Program-made: the position numbers and the translations under genes
In this document: positions 39,080 to 52,482 of the stretch, piece after piece
How the letters are laid out: each line of letters starts with the position of its first letter
How positions within the stretch are numbered: position 1 is the first letter of the stretch
Notes under the pieces: generated by a model
Told to the model about the DNA's origin: nothing
Seen by the model: only the letters and a program-made list of their open reading frames with translations
Databases searched by the model: none
Origin: Octopus vulgaris
Lineage: Eukaryota
Direction: 5' to 3'
DNA: 64,000 bases
NCBI GenBank assembly: GCA_951406725.2
Contig: OX597822.1
Location: forward strand, 29,512,001 to 29,576,000

Positions 39080-39478
39080 TTAGTTGGGATTCCACTGCCA
39101 CATATCCCTTGCTGATCTATCGATCATCATTGGTTGACCTCTTGAAGAGCCATCGATTAACATTGGACGTCCCCTTATAGAGCTATCGATTAACATTGTT
39201 GGAGGTCCCCCTTTGGCTGAATAAGCATAGACGGGCCTTGTTTCCTCGTACGGGTTGTATACAACCTCTGGAATAGTGGATACCATTGGATAATTCGTGT
39301 ATGCAAAATCGCTGGCTCGTGATTTCGTATCGTATGTTAATTTTTCGTCGTAACGTTCTCCTTTCAAATACCATGCGGCAAATGCATAGAATGTTCCTGT
39401 GATGCATGAAAGAATCATGCTAACCCAACCAAGGGCGTATGAATACCCGTAGGACCTAGATGTGGCAATGATAAGTTC
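39080..39478 (-). CDS. Gene B (claudin/PMP22-superfamily paralogue), exon 5 (last)
   Basis: ttctttttcag|GAA; 399 nt. Encodes ELIIATSRSYGYSYALGWVSMILSCITGTFYAFAAWYLKGERYD..WQWNPN*. Confidence 0.9.
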   Translation of the reverse strand, partial: ELIIATSRSYGYSYALGWVSMILSCITGTFYAFAAWYLKGERYDEKLTYDTKSRASDFAYTNYPMVSTIPEVVYNPYEETRPVYAYSAKGGPPTMLIDSSIRGRPMLIDGSSRGQPMMIDRSARDMWQWNPN

Positions 39479-39753
39479 CTGAAAAAGAAGAAAAAAGAAA
39501 AGAATTAAAAAGGAAGAAAAATAATGAAAAAGAAATTAAAATAGAAGATTCATATTAACCCATTGACCACTCCCTACCCACCCCCAAAAGAAGCGTTTTA
39601 GTAGGTACAGTGTTATTTAACTATACCCACCCTCGAAAATCCAAATAGCAGATGGCCACAAGGGTTTTTGTTACGGATCGGTAATTAGGGTACAATGTTA
39701 ATGTTTTTTAAACTCTTATAAAATTTAATGGTTTTAATTGCTTATTAATTGGG

Positions 39754-39814
<61 letters not shown>

Positions 39815-39916
39815 ATGTTGGACGTGGATGAGAAAGGCGCGATCCAAAGAGGAGTGGACAGCGTGCTGTGACCAGCGGTGTCAAATGGACGCCTGACGGA
39901 CTGGTCGGTCAAGGTG

Positions 39917-40022
<106 letters not shown>

Positions 40023-40136
40023 GCCAGAGAAACCGTGATATTGGCCCTATGCTCCTTACAGAGTAATGTGGACTAACCCTCTTTGTGTTTACACACATAC
40101 ATACGTGCATACATACATACATACATACATACTTAC

Positions 40137-40167
<31 letters not shown>

Positions 40168-40701
40168 CATACAAACACACACACATACATACATACATAC
40201 ATACATACATACATACATACATACATACATACATACATACATACATACATACATCCTTTACCCGAATTCGCCCGAATTTGTATTTATCTACCTATTTAGC
40301 CCTGAATTTTTAAATTTTGAACGCTCATCCGACATTTCGTACAAACATCAAATTCTTAATCGATTCGAACAGTTCCTTTTTGGAAGGCCTTACCTCGAAT
40401 TTTTATCTCTTTATTTGTCACTCTTCCATGCGGTACCTGGACCCAACGTACATCATGCATAGTTTTTACATGACTTTTACATGTAATTTTTTTTACTGAT
40501 TTATAAATTTATATGTATATTTATTTCGTTGTGTGTTTTAAATTAAGCTTTGGAATTTGTATTGATTGCCCGGATGTGTTCCTTCTATAATTTCCCCTAT
40601 CCTTCGATTTAGCTCGCAAGGAGCACTTCTTAATACAATCCATATATTGTGAAGTATACTTAAAAACATACTTTATAAGAAAATTTAACATCACACACAC
40701 A

Positions 40702-40739
<38 letters not shown>

Positions 40740-40938
40740 CACACACGCGCATGTACCTATATACACACACACACACACATATATATATGTGTGTGTGTGT
40801 ATATATATATATAGTAATTTCCCTTTGTATAACGGTCATTTTTCATAGCATTTTCCGATGGCCGGATAACTGAAGAGATGGCGGCGTGGAGTTTCATCAT
40901 GGCTACCGAATAATTGTCACATATTACACTTCCAGATA

Positions 40939-40978
<40 letters not shown>

Positions 40979-41272
40979 GTAAGTAGCTTGCTTACCAACC
41001 ACATGGTTCCAGGTTCAGTCCCACTGCATGGCACCTTGGGCAAGGAGACCGTCATGTATATGTATATATATGTGTGTGTGTTTGTCCCCCTCCCAACATC
41101 GCTTGGCAACCGATGATGGTGTGTTTACGTCCCCGTAACTTAGCGGTTCGGCAAAAAGAGACCAATAGAATAAGCACTAGGCTTACAAAGATTATGCCCT
41201 CCATGATGGAGCACTCGACTAAAGGCGGTGCTCCATCATGGCCGCAGTCAAATGACTGAAATAAGTAAAAGA

Positions 41273-41325
<53 letters not shown>

Positions 41326-42383
41326 CAAAACCCCCCACATTTTATCAATTCAATAATGAAATATTAAATTATACCATTTAGAAAAAATAAATCAAAGAAC
41401 ATTTCAACTCTGTGTGAATATATGTGTATGTATGTAAAAGGGAGGATACGTGAATGCGTGCGTGAGGTTTGCGCGTGTGTGTGCGCGCGCGCAATGGAAG
41501 TGGGATGGTTCATCTTTGTTCGCATAGTATTTGGGTTTATTTTCTGATTTGGCTGAATCTTGGTTGTTTTTGTTTTTTATTGGTAAGTTACTTTTAGCAT
41601 TTTGACAAAAAAAAAAAAATGCATTCTAAATGTGTATTTTAACGTAAGCGTGCCCAAATAAGTCGAATGCTTATACAGAGCAGGTTTTACAGCCACATCA
41701 GCCAAACCGACCGGGTGAAACCAGGCTTAGCTGCTAGTATATATATATATATATAGTGTGTGTGTGTGTGTGTGTACGTGTGCGTGTATTGTTGTCTCAA
41801 TGGAAATATACTTTTCTACTCTAGGTATAAGGCCCGAAATTTTTTGGGGAGGGGGCCAATCGATGAGATCGACCCGAGTACGCAACTGGTACTTAATTTA
41901 TCGGCGGAATTTAAACTAAGAACGTAAAGAGAGACGAAATACTTATTTCTTTACTGCCCACAGGGGGCTAAACACAGAGAGAACAAACAAGGACAGACAA
42001 ACGGATTAAGTCGATTATATTGACCCCAGTGCGTAACTTGTACTTATTTAATCGACCCCGAAAGGATAAAAGGCAAAGTCGACCTCGGCGGAATTTGAAC
42101 TCAGAACGTAGCGGCAGACGAAATACCGCTAAGCATTTCGCCCGGTTTGCTAATGTTTCTGCCAGTTAGTTTAAACATGTTATTAATATTTGAAATATAA
42201 GTATCGATGGTTGATTCTAAGTTTTTTTTCTTGAAGATGAGTTAATCTTAGTTTATCTTTAGTTATTATCTCTAATTGTACTTAGTTTGTGAGGCTACTT
42301 TGGGATTATTATTGAATTAGATTTATTCGTTTTTATGATTATTATTGCGTTGGAGGTTTAAGGGTTTATAAATTATAGGAATA

Positions 42384-42831
42384 CTAGTATTATAACCCGA
42401 TTTCATTCGGGTCTATTCGGAATTTAAAAAAAAAACGAAAATTTTATTAAAAATCAAAAAAGAAATGAGGGCAAAAGGCACTCGTTTTTTTCACAATGAA
42501 AAATCGTTTCCTAGTAGCCGGAATTTCGCCACAAAATGTATGTTTATTAAGCACAACAGCCTGCAGTGCATGCCGCTGGGCATTAAATGTCAATCGCACA
42601 AACCTAGAGGGGCTCTAGGCTCCCTTGAATTGATAAAAAAATCACTCTTTTTGCAATAGCAACCACATCTTTATAGCTTGCGAATTTTAACCATCGCGGG
42701 TCTCATCCTCACCACGCATTTAGTATCCCTGCCAATTTTCAGCTCGATCCTAGCCCCGGTTTGGCCGCCATTAACCACCAAAGCAAAATGTGCATACAAT
42801 TTTCGTCCAAGGACTGTTTTATAGATATAGA
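42384..42831 (-). mobile_element. Non-autonomous Helitron (different family)
   Basis: Minus strand A|TCTATATCTATA..hairpin ACCCGA..TCGGGT..CTAG|T. Confidence 0.7.
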
Positions 42832-43264
42832 TGATAAGATTTTTTTTAGATAGGAAATGAGGGAGAGAAAATGCAAAAGCGAGCGGCCACAAAGGTTTTG
42901 TGTTTATGGCTTACTAATAGAAGAAATATGATTATTCCCAGTCGTAAATACAAACCCATGTAGCCTCCCGCTTTTGCGTCTTCTTGGGATACAGTCGAAC
43001 AAAATCACGCCCGTTAAAGCTTACTAGCGAGTTCAAAGGCTGGACATAAGATTAATTCTATAACGGTAGAAAATAATTGTTGGATGGACTTACAACAGTA
43101 TAAAAATTGTGTAATAACATATTTGATTTACTACAAACAGAGCATTTCTGCAGGTTGTTCAGCAAAAAAAAAAAAAAAAAAAAAAATTGCAGAACCATCG
43201 GACCACGGGAGACTACCATCCACATTATATATGTGTGTATATAAGCTACATGTTGTTTACTTAC

Positions 43265-43374
43265 CCGTGGCCATTCCTTCCGAAAAATAATATTCCCAAT
43301 TGTATCTTTAATCTTATTCCTTTCAAGGTATTCCACGCCGTGGAACGAAGCCATCGCCAATGACACACAAAATG
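43265..43374 (-). CDS. Gene B exon 4
   Basis: atttttcag|CA..CCACGG|gtaagt; 110 nt, phase 1->0. Encodes (A)FCVSLAMASFHGVEYLERNKIKDTIGNIIFRKEWPR. Confidence 0.9.
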
Positions 43375-43478
43375 CTGAAAATATAGAAATAGGGCGATAA
43401 TAATTGAGAGAGAGAGAGAGGGAGAGAGAAAGAGAGAGAGAGGGAGGGAGAGAGTAAGAGAGAGAAAGAGAGAGAGGA

Positions 43479-43510
<32 letters not shown>

Positions 43511-43601
43511 GCAGTATGAAAGAAGCAGACTGTAAGTGACACAAGGGGAAGATAAGTAAAAAAGGACAAATTAGAAAGAGAAATGAGAGAGAGATAGAAC
43601 A

Positions 43602-43663
<62 letters not shown>

Positions 43664-43789
43664 TATATATGCATGTGTGTGTGTGTGTGTGATGTGTTGT
43701 GAATTTAAGGTAAGGAATCCCATAAAACTCCACAATTTAGTTAAAAATGGAGAAGGGACGTTGTTTAAATATATAAGGGAATTTTAATT

Positions 43790-44567
43790 CATGCAGACGA
43801 TCGTTTCGTACAGATATAAAAATAATGCATATTCATGATTGAATTGAATCAAATTAATTAAATATGTTAATTGATTATATATCAATGAACTCTTCAGTGG
43901 AGGAGGCGCATGGCTTAGTGGTTAAGGTGTTAGCATCATGATCGTAAAATTGTGGTTTCGATTCCTGGACCGGGCGACGCAAAACACTTCATTTCACGTT
44001 GTTCCAGTCCACTCAGCTGGCAAAAATGAGTAACGATGTGATGGACTGGCGTCCCGTCCAGCTGGGGAACACATACGCCATAGAAACCGGGAAACCGGGC
44101 CCATGAACCTGGCTAGGCTTTAAAAAGGCGCAAGAGTACTCTTCAGTGCAGGGAGTATAAACAAATTTGAAAATATACGTAAAAGAGGTTTGAGCCGTTT
44201 CCTCTATAGATGAGTATGGCGATTAGAAATTTGGAGTTAAAATTTCTAATCTCCTTACTCATCTATAGAGGGAACGTCTCTGAAACCTCTTTTACTTATA
44301 TTTTCAAATAACCGTTATAATATTTAGTTATAGTTAATACCTAACAGGACTCACAACTCTTTTTCTCATAAGGATACATACGAATCTCCTAGATTATATT
44401 CTTCTTCTATTTCCTTTCTCAAGTTCATTGTAAAAAAAATTATTTATACTTCCTGTACTGAAGAGTATATTGATATATAATTAATTAACTTATTTAATTA
44501 ATTTAATTCAATTCAATCATGAAATTGCATTATTTTTATATCTCTTTACGAAACGATTGTCTGCATG
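43790..44567. mobile_element. Fold-back element made of two inverted hammerhead-bearing (pLTR-like) arms; inner 145-nt hairpin; left arm split by a SINE
   Basis: Left arm 43790-43899 plus 44138-44161 is the reverse complement of 44443-44567. Inner hairpin at 44165-44309. SINE at 43900-44137 with TSD ACTCTTCAGTG. Confidence 0.75.
44454..44565 (+). ncRNA. Minimal hammerhead motif with 85-nt AT-rich helix II
   Basis: tgta-CTGAAGA-gta..tac-GAAA-C.GATT.GTC-tgca. The mirror copy at 43792-43899(-) has the perfect palindrome ACGATCGT. Confidence 0.7.
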
Positions 44568-45237
44568 TGGGGTTTATATCCATGCCGTCACTTACGCACT
44601 TGGAATTTTTAAAAAATCCATTTTTAATCAGCATCGATTTTCAAAAATCGTAAAATCTCGCCATTTTTCGCACTAGCCATCGTGACATCAATTTGACGAA
44701 AAGTACCGAAATTTGACGAGAAATGTCTCATGGGTATAAACAGATAGCTTATTAACGGTAATTTATTTAGCATTTGCTAATTATTTATTTCATTATGAAT
44801 TGTTTTGGTTTGCTAAAACTTATTATTTCAATTAGATGTTTTAATCGCCCAGCGTTTCAGGTTTTGATTAGGTAAGACCATTTTATTTCTCAAGCAAAAT
44901 TTAGGCATTTTGCGCACTAGCCGTCGTAATATCAATTTGAAGAAATTTACCCCAATGTGTAAAATTTCGCCATTTTACGCACATGTACAAAAATAACGAC
45001 AACACGGGTTCGCTACCAGACTCTGCTCATGTTTTCATCAAATTGGTCCTACCCATTAATATAGATTTTAATTTTTTGAAAAATGCCGAAATTTGACGAA
45101 AAATGTTTCATGGCTATAAACAGACATCTTATTAACAATAATTTTTTACCGGGTACCTCAGCTTGTTGTATTATATTTATATTGTGTTATGTTTATATTG
45201 CATTATGTTTATATTGTGTTTATATTTATATTGTATT

Positions 45238-45786
45238 ATTACCTCCGCCTTAGCGAAGACGGAGATATTGTTTTCAGTCGCGTTTGTTTGCTTGTTTGTT
45301 TGTCCGTGGACAAGATATCTCAAGAACTGCTGGATGGATTCGGATGAAATTTCCAGAGATGTTTGTCCTCATGACTGGCACGAACTGATTAGATTTTGGG
45401 ATCGATCTGGCACCGAACAAGCATTCTGGATAATTTGTTATATTTACTTTACTTTAAATGATTACGATCTTACGTTAACTTTCAAATCTTTCTGAATTAT
45501 TCCCCTTCAGGCTGTAACTATTTTCAATAGTGAATTTTTAAAGTTTGGCTTGTTTTAGATAAGGATAAACTATTTATTACTGTATTGGACAAGGATTCTG
45601 GATTATTTTTCCGTTTTTTTTTAAACTTAATTTTTGAGAACGGTCGGGTTCATTTTTAGTATTCTCGTTTGTGAGAGCAGTCGAGCTTATTTCAGACATT
45701 CTCATTTTAAAAATCATCTCTGGCTAATTGTTGAGAGGATGTTGATGTTGACTTGGCAGAGGTTTGCGCTCTCTGAGTGCTCTTGT
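45238..45786 (+). mobile_element. Unclassified non-autonomous DNA element inserted in a (TTATATTGTGT)-like degenerate minisatellite
   Basis: Termini ATTACCTCCGCCTTAGCGAAG.. and ..TTGGCAGAGGTTTGCGCTCTCTGAGTGCTCTTG, with a subterminal inverted match ACCTCCGCC/GGCAGAGGT. The same low-complexity repeat lies on both sides. Confidence 0.55.
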
Positions 45787-46452
45787 ATTTATATTGTGCC
45801 GTGTTTATATTGTGTTATATTTATATTGCATTATATTGCATTACAATATTTATGTTGTATTACCAGCGGTTGGATCACACTAGGTTATCCATGTCTGTGA
45901 TATTGCTTTCAATTGATATGTGTGTGTGTGTGTGTAGGGGGAATAGTAGCTATTATATTCAGGCTTTTTGCAAAGGTGTTGTTATTGTTTAATTCAAGGT
46001 CGGCTGTAAACCAAACAAACCAAAGATCAAAGTCATTCCAGCGATGATAAAAACAGTCGAACAGTTATATACCAGAATAAACCCTTCTCTGGGACTCACT
46101 TGGAATTTCACGCTTTTGCGTTCATAGTCATAGGGATTTCCTTTAATATTTCGGCTTTCCAGCGGTCGATAAAATAAGCACCGTAAATAACATCGGAGGG
46201 TTTATTCAATCAAGCATAATTCTTCCTGCTTGTAAGAAGTCAACAGTTAAGGATGACGGCACAGTAAATGGATTTGTCGTCCAAAAGTATAATGGCAAGA
46301 AATTTTGAGACCCCTGCTTTTTAGAATTCAGTGAATGTCATCACCTCAAAGGATTTTATATTTGACCTAATTGTTACGCTTACCTTTCTTAATCGTTATG
46401 GCAGATTCTAGATTTGAATATAATCCTTAAGATTAGCGATGTGTATACATAC

Positions 46453-46590
46453 CTGTAGTGTAGGTAAACACCGTTGATAAAAGAGCCCATTTCGAAGCCC
46501 TTGAACAACAGACAGCTATTCCAGATATAAACGCAGCAAGATAAGTGACGAGTCCAATAGCCAAGAATGCCAAGTGAGTCCTCATAAGAT
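46453..46590 (-). CDS. Gene B exon 3
   Basis: ttttttacag|AT..ACAG|gtatgt; 138 nt, phase 1->1. Encodes (H)LMRTHLAFLAIGLVTYLAAFISGIAVCCSRASKWALLSTVFTYTT. Confidence 0.9.
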
Positions 46591-47156
46591 CTGTAAAAAA
46601 AGAAACAAAAATTAAAATCATGAAATGTCAGTAGAAATATTATATATCGTCCTAATAAGGATTTCAAGAACAAGGCTAGTAATTTTGGGGTTTGGGGTAA
46701 GACAACCAGTACTTATCTTATCAACCCATTAAAGGATAAAAGGCAAAGTCGACCTCGGCGGAATTTGAATTCCGAACGTAAAGTCGGATGACATACTGCA
46801 AAGCATTTTGCCCGGCGTGCCAACGATTCTGCTGGTTACCTGCCTTAATTATACATGCAACATTGATTTTAAATTTTGGCACAAGGCCAGCTATTTCAGG
46901 AGAGGGGTTAAGTCGATTACATTGACCTCATTGTTCAACTGGTACTTATTTCATTGACCTTGAAAGGATGAAAGGCAAAGTCGACCTCGGCAGAATTTGA
47001 ACTCCGAACGTAAATACGGATGAGATGCCGCTAAGCATTTTGTCCGGAGTGCTAACAACTCTACCACTCGTCACTTTTATTTAATTTAATATCCGTAACA
47101 TGTAAGTTTATTCATTTCTTTTTTGTTTTTTAATTTCAAATATATAATATATCACC

Positions 47157-47236
<80 letters not shown>

Positions 47237-47318
47237 AACAATTGCAGCGTGGAAGGTGTTTATAAGCCATTTAAGAAACACACAAAACCGTTAGATTCAC
47301 TTCAACATTTAAATTTAA

Positions 47319-47369
47319 TTTGTCGAAATATTTTCATCGCTTTCAGACCGCAACCTGATCACTGACAAA
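47319..47369 (-). ncRNA. Minimal hammerhead-like motif with swapped G3-C8 core
   Basis: tttgtca-GTGATCA-g-gttgc.ggtctgaaa.gcgat-GAAA-A.TA.TTT-cgacaaa. Helix I 6/7 bp, helix II 5 bp including G:U, palindromic AATATT. Confidence 0.55.
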
Positions 47370-47741
47370 ACTTCGTGCAGATGCAGCACGTGTGTGTGTG
47401 TGTGTGTGTGTGTGTATGCTTGTGTGTCTGTGTTTGTCCCCCCGCAACATCGCTTGACAACCGATGCTGGTGTGTTTACGTCCCCATCACTTAGCGGTTC
47501 GGCAAAAAGAGACCGATAGAATAAGTACTAGGCTTACAAAGAATAAGCTCGGGTCGATTTGCTCGACTAAAGGCGGTGCTCCAGCATGGCCGCGGTCACA
47601 TGACTGAAACATCTTTGTTGTTCTAAGTGTTGCCCTTGTGTACAACAACAGTCATGTAATGAAACACGATTTCACTAAAACTTAATCAAATACCTTCCAT
47701 TACTTGAAGTTGCTGTCTTCTTCCAATCAGGACTCACACCG

Positions 47742-48184
47742 TTAGCCACAAAGAATAATCTCTAATTCGAGCCTACTCTAAGCTACAAAGAGTGCGTGTG
47801 GCAACTTGAAGATCCACCAACCACACGCGATAGACCTGCGGTTGCTCGGGTGCGAAAGCTACGTTGTTTTCCTCATTCAGTAAACGGTAGCTTTTAACGA
47901 ATGGAGAGCTGAACCATCCTGGGGTATAGAGGATTCGCAATCTAGACTAGGATCTGAAAGTTTACCAAACCATAGTGGGCTACCCCATGGTTTCTCTGCT
48001 TTGTGGAAGAAGTAGGAAGAAAGAGTGAGAGAAAGTTGTGATGAAAGAGTACAGCGGGGTCACCCCCCACTTCCGCCGGAGCCTCGTGAAGCTTGGGTGT
48101 TTTTGCTCAGTAAACACTCACAATGCCCAGTCTGGGAATCGAAACCGCGTTCTTACGACCGCAAGTCCGCTGCCCTAACCACTG
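47742..48184 (-). mobile_element. Chimeric SINE, second copy
   Basis: Reverse-complement match to 17738-18159. Confidence 0.75.
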
Positions 48185-48994
48185 ACGTTGCTGTTTGTTT
48201 GTTTGTTTGTTTGTTGAGCGAAGCGGTCTTCGTCCTGCAGTGGGAGAAGTCCGAAACGTGGTCTTTTGCTATTTGTAAGACCCGCAGAAGAGAAAGCAGG
48301 TCAACCCCCGACACCGAGAGCATCGACGGATGGATGAATGCGCATCCAGGCTCAGCGGTTGCGTATGAAGTCGGGGGGACAAGAAACAGGAAGAAAGAGT
48401 GAGAGAAAGTTGGAGCGAAAGAGTACAACAGGGGTCGCCACCACTCCCTGTCGGAGCCTCGTGGAGCTTTAGGTGTTTTCGCTCAATAAATACACACAAC
48501 GGCCGGTCTGGGAATCGAAACCGCGATCCTCCGACCGCGAGTCCGCTGCCCTAACCACTGGGCCATTGCGCCTCCACTGACGTTGCTGTTGCGTTTTATG
48601 CAGTCCTAGATCATTGATAAACAGTCGTTTGAGAAGTAGGCGGTCGGTCAAACGGATCCAGAAAACAAATTGCAAAAATCAGACATCACAAAATGTGTCA
48701 CACGAAAACAATGTTATAGAAAACTTCAATAAAAGGCATATTTAAATATTCTTGGTTTCATTGTTTTAGTTAAGTAACTGAATAAAACCTTATTTATGTA
48801 TGCATATTGTAATGTCATTGAATAGATTTGTGTTGACATTGCGTACAAGTCATGCATTGTTAGTTAATTAACAGTTTTGGTCTAATTACCTTAGCTTTTT
48901 CATTAATTTATCTTTCTGTTTTCTGCGCAAAAACTGACATTCTCCCGTCGTTATATTTCCATTTGCCAACTGAAGTATGACGTATAATCATATA

Positions 48995-49056
<62 letters not shown>

Positions 49057-50353
49057 TGTACACACACGTGAAAATGATAATCTAACTGAAAAGACTTTCA
49101 TTAGAAAGATAAGCTAATTACAGAGCAACGCTAATTGGAATTGATGTAGTTCTCAATGAAAACCAAATAAGAAATATACAACTTGCTCTAAATCCCTAAC
49201 AATTAAAGAAAAAGAAACGAAAAGACCCCAGCAAAAATCCCTCAAAACAAAGTAACTGGCAGTACTCCAGCTATAGAAGATAAAATATAATTAGAATACA
49301 AATAGATTATAAGAACCAGGCATTAGTAAATATACACATTATTATTAACTTAGCAGCGAGCTGGCTGAAATATTTACACGCTGGACGAAATGTCTAGCGG
49401 TTTTTCGCCCGTCGCTATGTTCTGAGTTTAAATTCCGCCGAGGTTGAATTTGCCTTTCATTCTTTCGGAGTTGACAAATTAAGTACCAGTTGTGTACTGG
49501 GGACGACCTAATCGACTGGCCACTTCCAAATTTCAGGATTTGTGACTTTAGCAGAAAAGTTTATAGTTATTATTATTGATAATAATAATAATAATAATAA
49601 CAATAATAATAATAATAATCCAAGGCCTGAAATTTTGGGGAATGGTGGTAAGTCGATTAAAATATAGTACCAGTGCTCAACTGGCACTATATTTTACCGC
49701 CTCCGAAGAAATGAAGAGCTAAGTAGACCAGTGTATAACTGGTACTTATTTTATCGATCCCGAAAGGATAAAAGGAAAAGTTAACTTCAGAAGAATCCGA
49801 ACTTAAAACGTTAAGACTAGTGAAATGCCGCTAAGTACTTTGTCCGCTTTACTAACGATTCTACCAGCTTCCCGCTTTTGTCAGGCTTTTAATTATATTA
49901 ATAAATACTTAGACGGCGAGCTGACAGTAACACAGTTTGAAGTTCATATTACAACCAAGTTGACAAAAAGGAAAAGAGAGCATGTTCTCTACTAGTTCAG
50001 AGTAGTTATCTACTTTATGAGTCTCTCCCCACCCCCGAATATCTTACATCTAGAGTGAACGATGACTACGGATCTGCCTTAGCATAACTCATTGAATCTT
50101 GAGAATTTGGTTTGTTCGTGAGTTTCCTGATTTCTGGCCTTCGAATATACCTGCCTTTAGCTCCTCTACGCTCAGCACTAGAAATTTTCAGCTTATATTG
50201 TCAAAGTAGTCCACATCAATAAATGTACTATCCAAAAACTAGAGCTAGAAACAAATGAAAGTCAAGTTTTTCTTCGGTAGTATGAACATACCTAGCACTG
50301 ACTCAAAAATTCGAGGCACAAAAAATTTTTTTAAAAATTGTTCCACAGTGTAA

Positions 50354-50416
<63 letters not shown>

Positions 50417-50459
50417 GTATGTGTATATATGTATATGTATGTGTATATATGTGTGTATA

Positions 50460-51730
50460 TCGTTATTCAGTTTATTTCAAGATTTCTTGCCAAGAGAGAA
50501 AGAACTAGTTTCTAACCTAGATCCAAGGCTCTTCCATTGGAATTTCAACATCAACAACAAGGTATATTTGTTTGTTTGTTTGTATTTTTGTATGTGCAGA
50601 TTTGTGTGCTTTATGTATATATTCTCATGCATATAGTTGCATATCTAGACATGTTCATACACATTAATATTTAAATGATAAACTTCTGGAAAGTTTTACA
50701 GATTTTTACAGTTCCAGTGATGTATTGGATCTGTAGTCTTCGAATCAGCTTTCTCCTTTCTGGTTTTGGGAAGCTTAATTTCTCAAGTTTGGTATTTAGG
50801 CTGTGTGTTACATATCCCAGGGCCTCAATAATTACAGGTATAAACCTGAACTTGTAATCTGGATAGAGTAACTGCAGATTTCTCAATTGTTCAGCATAGG
50901 TGTTCTCTTTTTCACTGATCTTCAGCTTTAGGTTAACATCCACTGGGCAGCTAATTTCCTCAACTGTGCACAATTTCTCTTCTCTATCACAAATCACTAT
51001 ATCAGGTCTGTTGTGCTTACATTTTATTGAGGTCTTCACTGGTACATTCTACCAGTATTCCTTTTTATTATGAGTGCCCATGGCTTCTACAATATTGTGG
51101 ATTCTTATTTCTTTGTCCTCGGGATTATCCTACCGACGGATTTCATTATAGAATGTCCTAGCTATAACATCATGTCTCATCGGTAGATAATACCGTGATG
51201 ACATTTGCGGACAACTGCTTATGATGTGGGAGATATCTTCAGTGTGAACTTCACAAAGTCTGCATCGGTTGTCACATTTTACGGCTTATCCTGCATCTCT
51301 ATCCCTTTTGTGCATCAGGCACTTGGTTGATATTTCCTGTTCCTGGATTGCAAACGCTTACCCTTCGAAGTGGGAGGTAGTAACCCAGCTATTGGTCCAT
51401 GATAAACTGCTTTAATGGTCGATGTTACTATCATATCCATAACATATCCATAATCTACTAACATATTCATAATCTTCTGCTCATATAGGCTCATCCTTTC
51501 ATCAGATGATACGTTGAGATAGAGTCATGCAACGTCTTTGGGCATGTGTTCTAGGTTATCAGACAAAGAGTGTTGCTGAAGGAGCTGCCTTCCAAGTCTT
51601 ATGATGTTATGAGCCTCATGCATGCAAAATTGGTCAAGGGATGCACTTCGACACTTGGTGGTTAAAAGATGTTGCCGAAGTGATATGATGCGATATTCAA
51701 AGGCATTTTGGATCGATGTTAAGCCTCTGT
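50460..51730 (-). mobile_element. R4/Dong-type LINE 3' fragment (CCHC and endonuclease), degenerate
   Basis: CRLCEVHTEDISHIISSC, YYLPMRHDVIAR, KHNRPDIVI..EISCPVD..KENTYAEQLRNL..PVIIEALG. Confidence 0.85.
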
Positions 51731-51860
51731 CGCCTTGTTTTCAATTTAGATAGAGGCGGTCTACGTCACTGTTTATGTGGAGATTATGTATGCTCGTTGG
51801 TATTTTTCGGGTTTTCACATCAATGGCTCAGATCTCATCAAGCATCCAATCAAGCAGTCC

Positions 51861-51891
<31 letters not shown>

Positions 51892-51928
51892 TGTATGTAT
51901 GTATGTATGTATGTATGTATGTATGTTA

Positions 51929-52482
51929 TGTCAGGTCACTTTCGAGTGCTACTGGTAACATGTAACCCAGTACAACCTGTTGCATGGTCGGGTCGTCGGC
52001 GACTAAACCGGCAACCCCACCAAGCTTGCTTGGTGAGGAGGGTGTTTATTGGACACCCTGCGGGATGAAAAACAAAACCCGTCAAAGGGCGGAGGAACTC
52101 TTGAGAATCAACGGCCATCCAATAAATGTGTTAAGGCTGTATCATGCGCGGGGACATAGAATTAATCGGACTGAATACCCGATCGCGCGGTTAAACCATT
52201 TGGAGTGAAGGACTCCTAGCCTTTGTTAGGGCATCCTTCTAGGAGAAGGTAACTCAGGTTACTGGGATAACTCCGACATAAAACCTGCGGCTCAGTGGTT
52301 ACCGATGATGTTGACCTGTTCTTCTTTTCGGATTATGGCTGCTGTTGCTTAGTGAGTGGGATTGACTCAGTGCACAGCCTTTCCTCATTTAAAAAAAAAT
52401 CTTCTTGCACAGGCATTGCACGATAACAACATTGATTAAGCTTCGTGCAATGGCCATATTCGATAACGAGGAGGCAGCCACC
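51929..52482 (+). mobile_element. Probable non-autonomous element resembling an RTE-clade 5' UTR, embedded in (ATGT)n
   Basis: GC-richer island between two (ATGT)n tracts. GGGCATCCTTCTAGGAGAAGGTAACTC recalls RTE 5'-UTR motifs (from memory, unverified). Confidence 0.45.

Noticed and set aside
40866-40922. CTGAAGA..GAATAATTGTC hammerhead-like motif on the plus strand
   Set aside because: GAAAC is corrupted and helix I does not pair convincingly; possibly a decayed copy, not counted.
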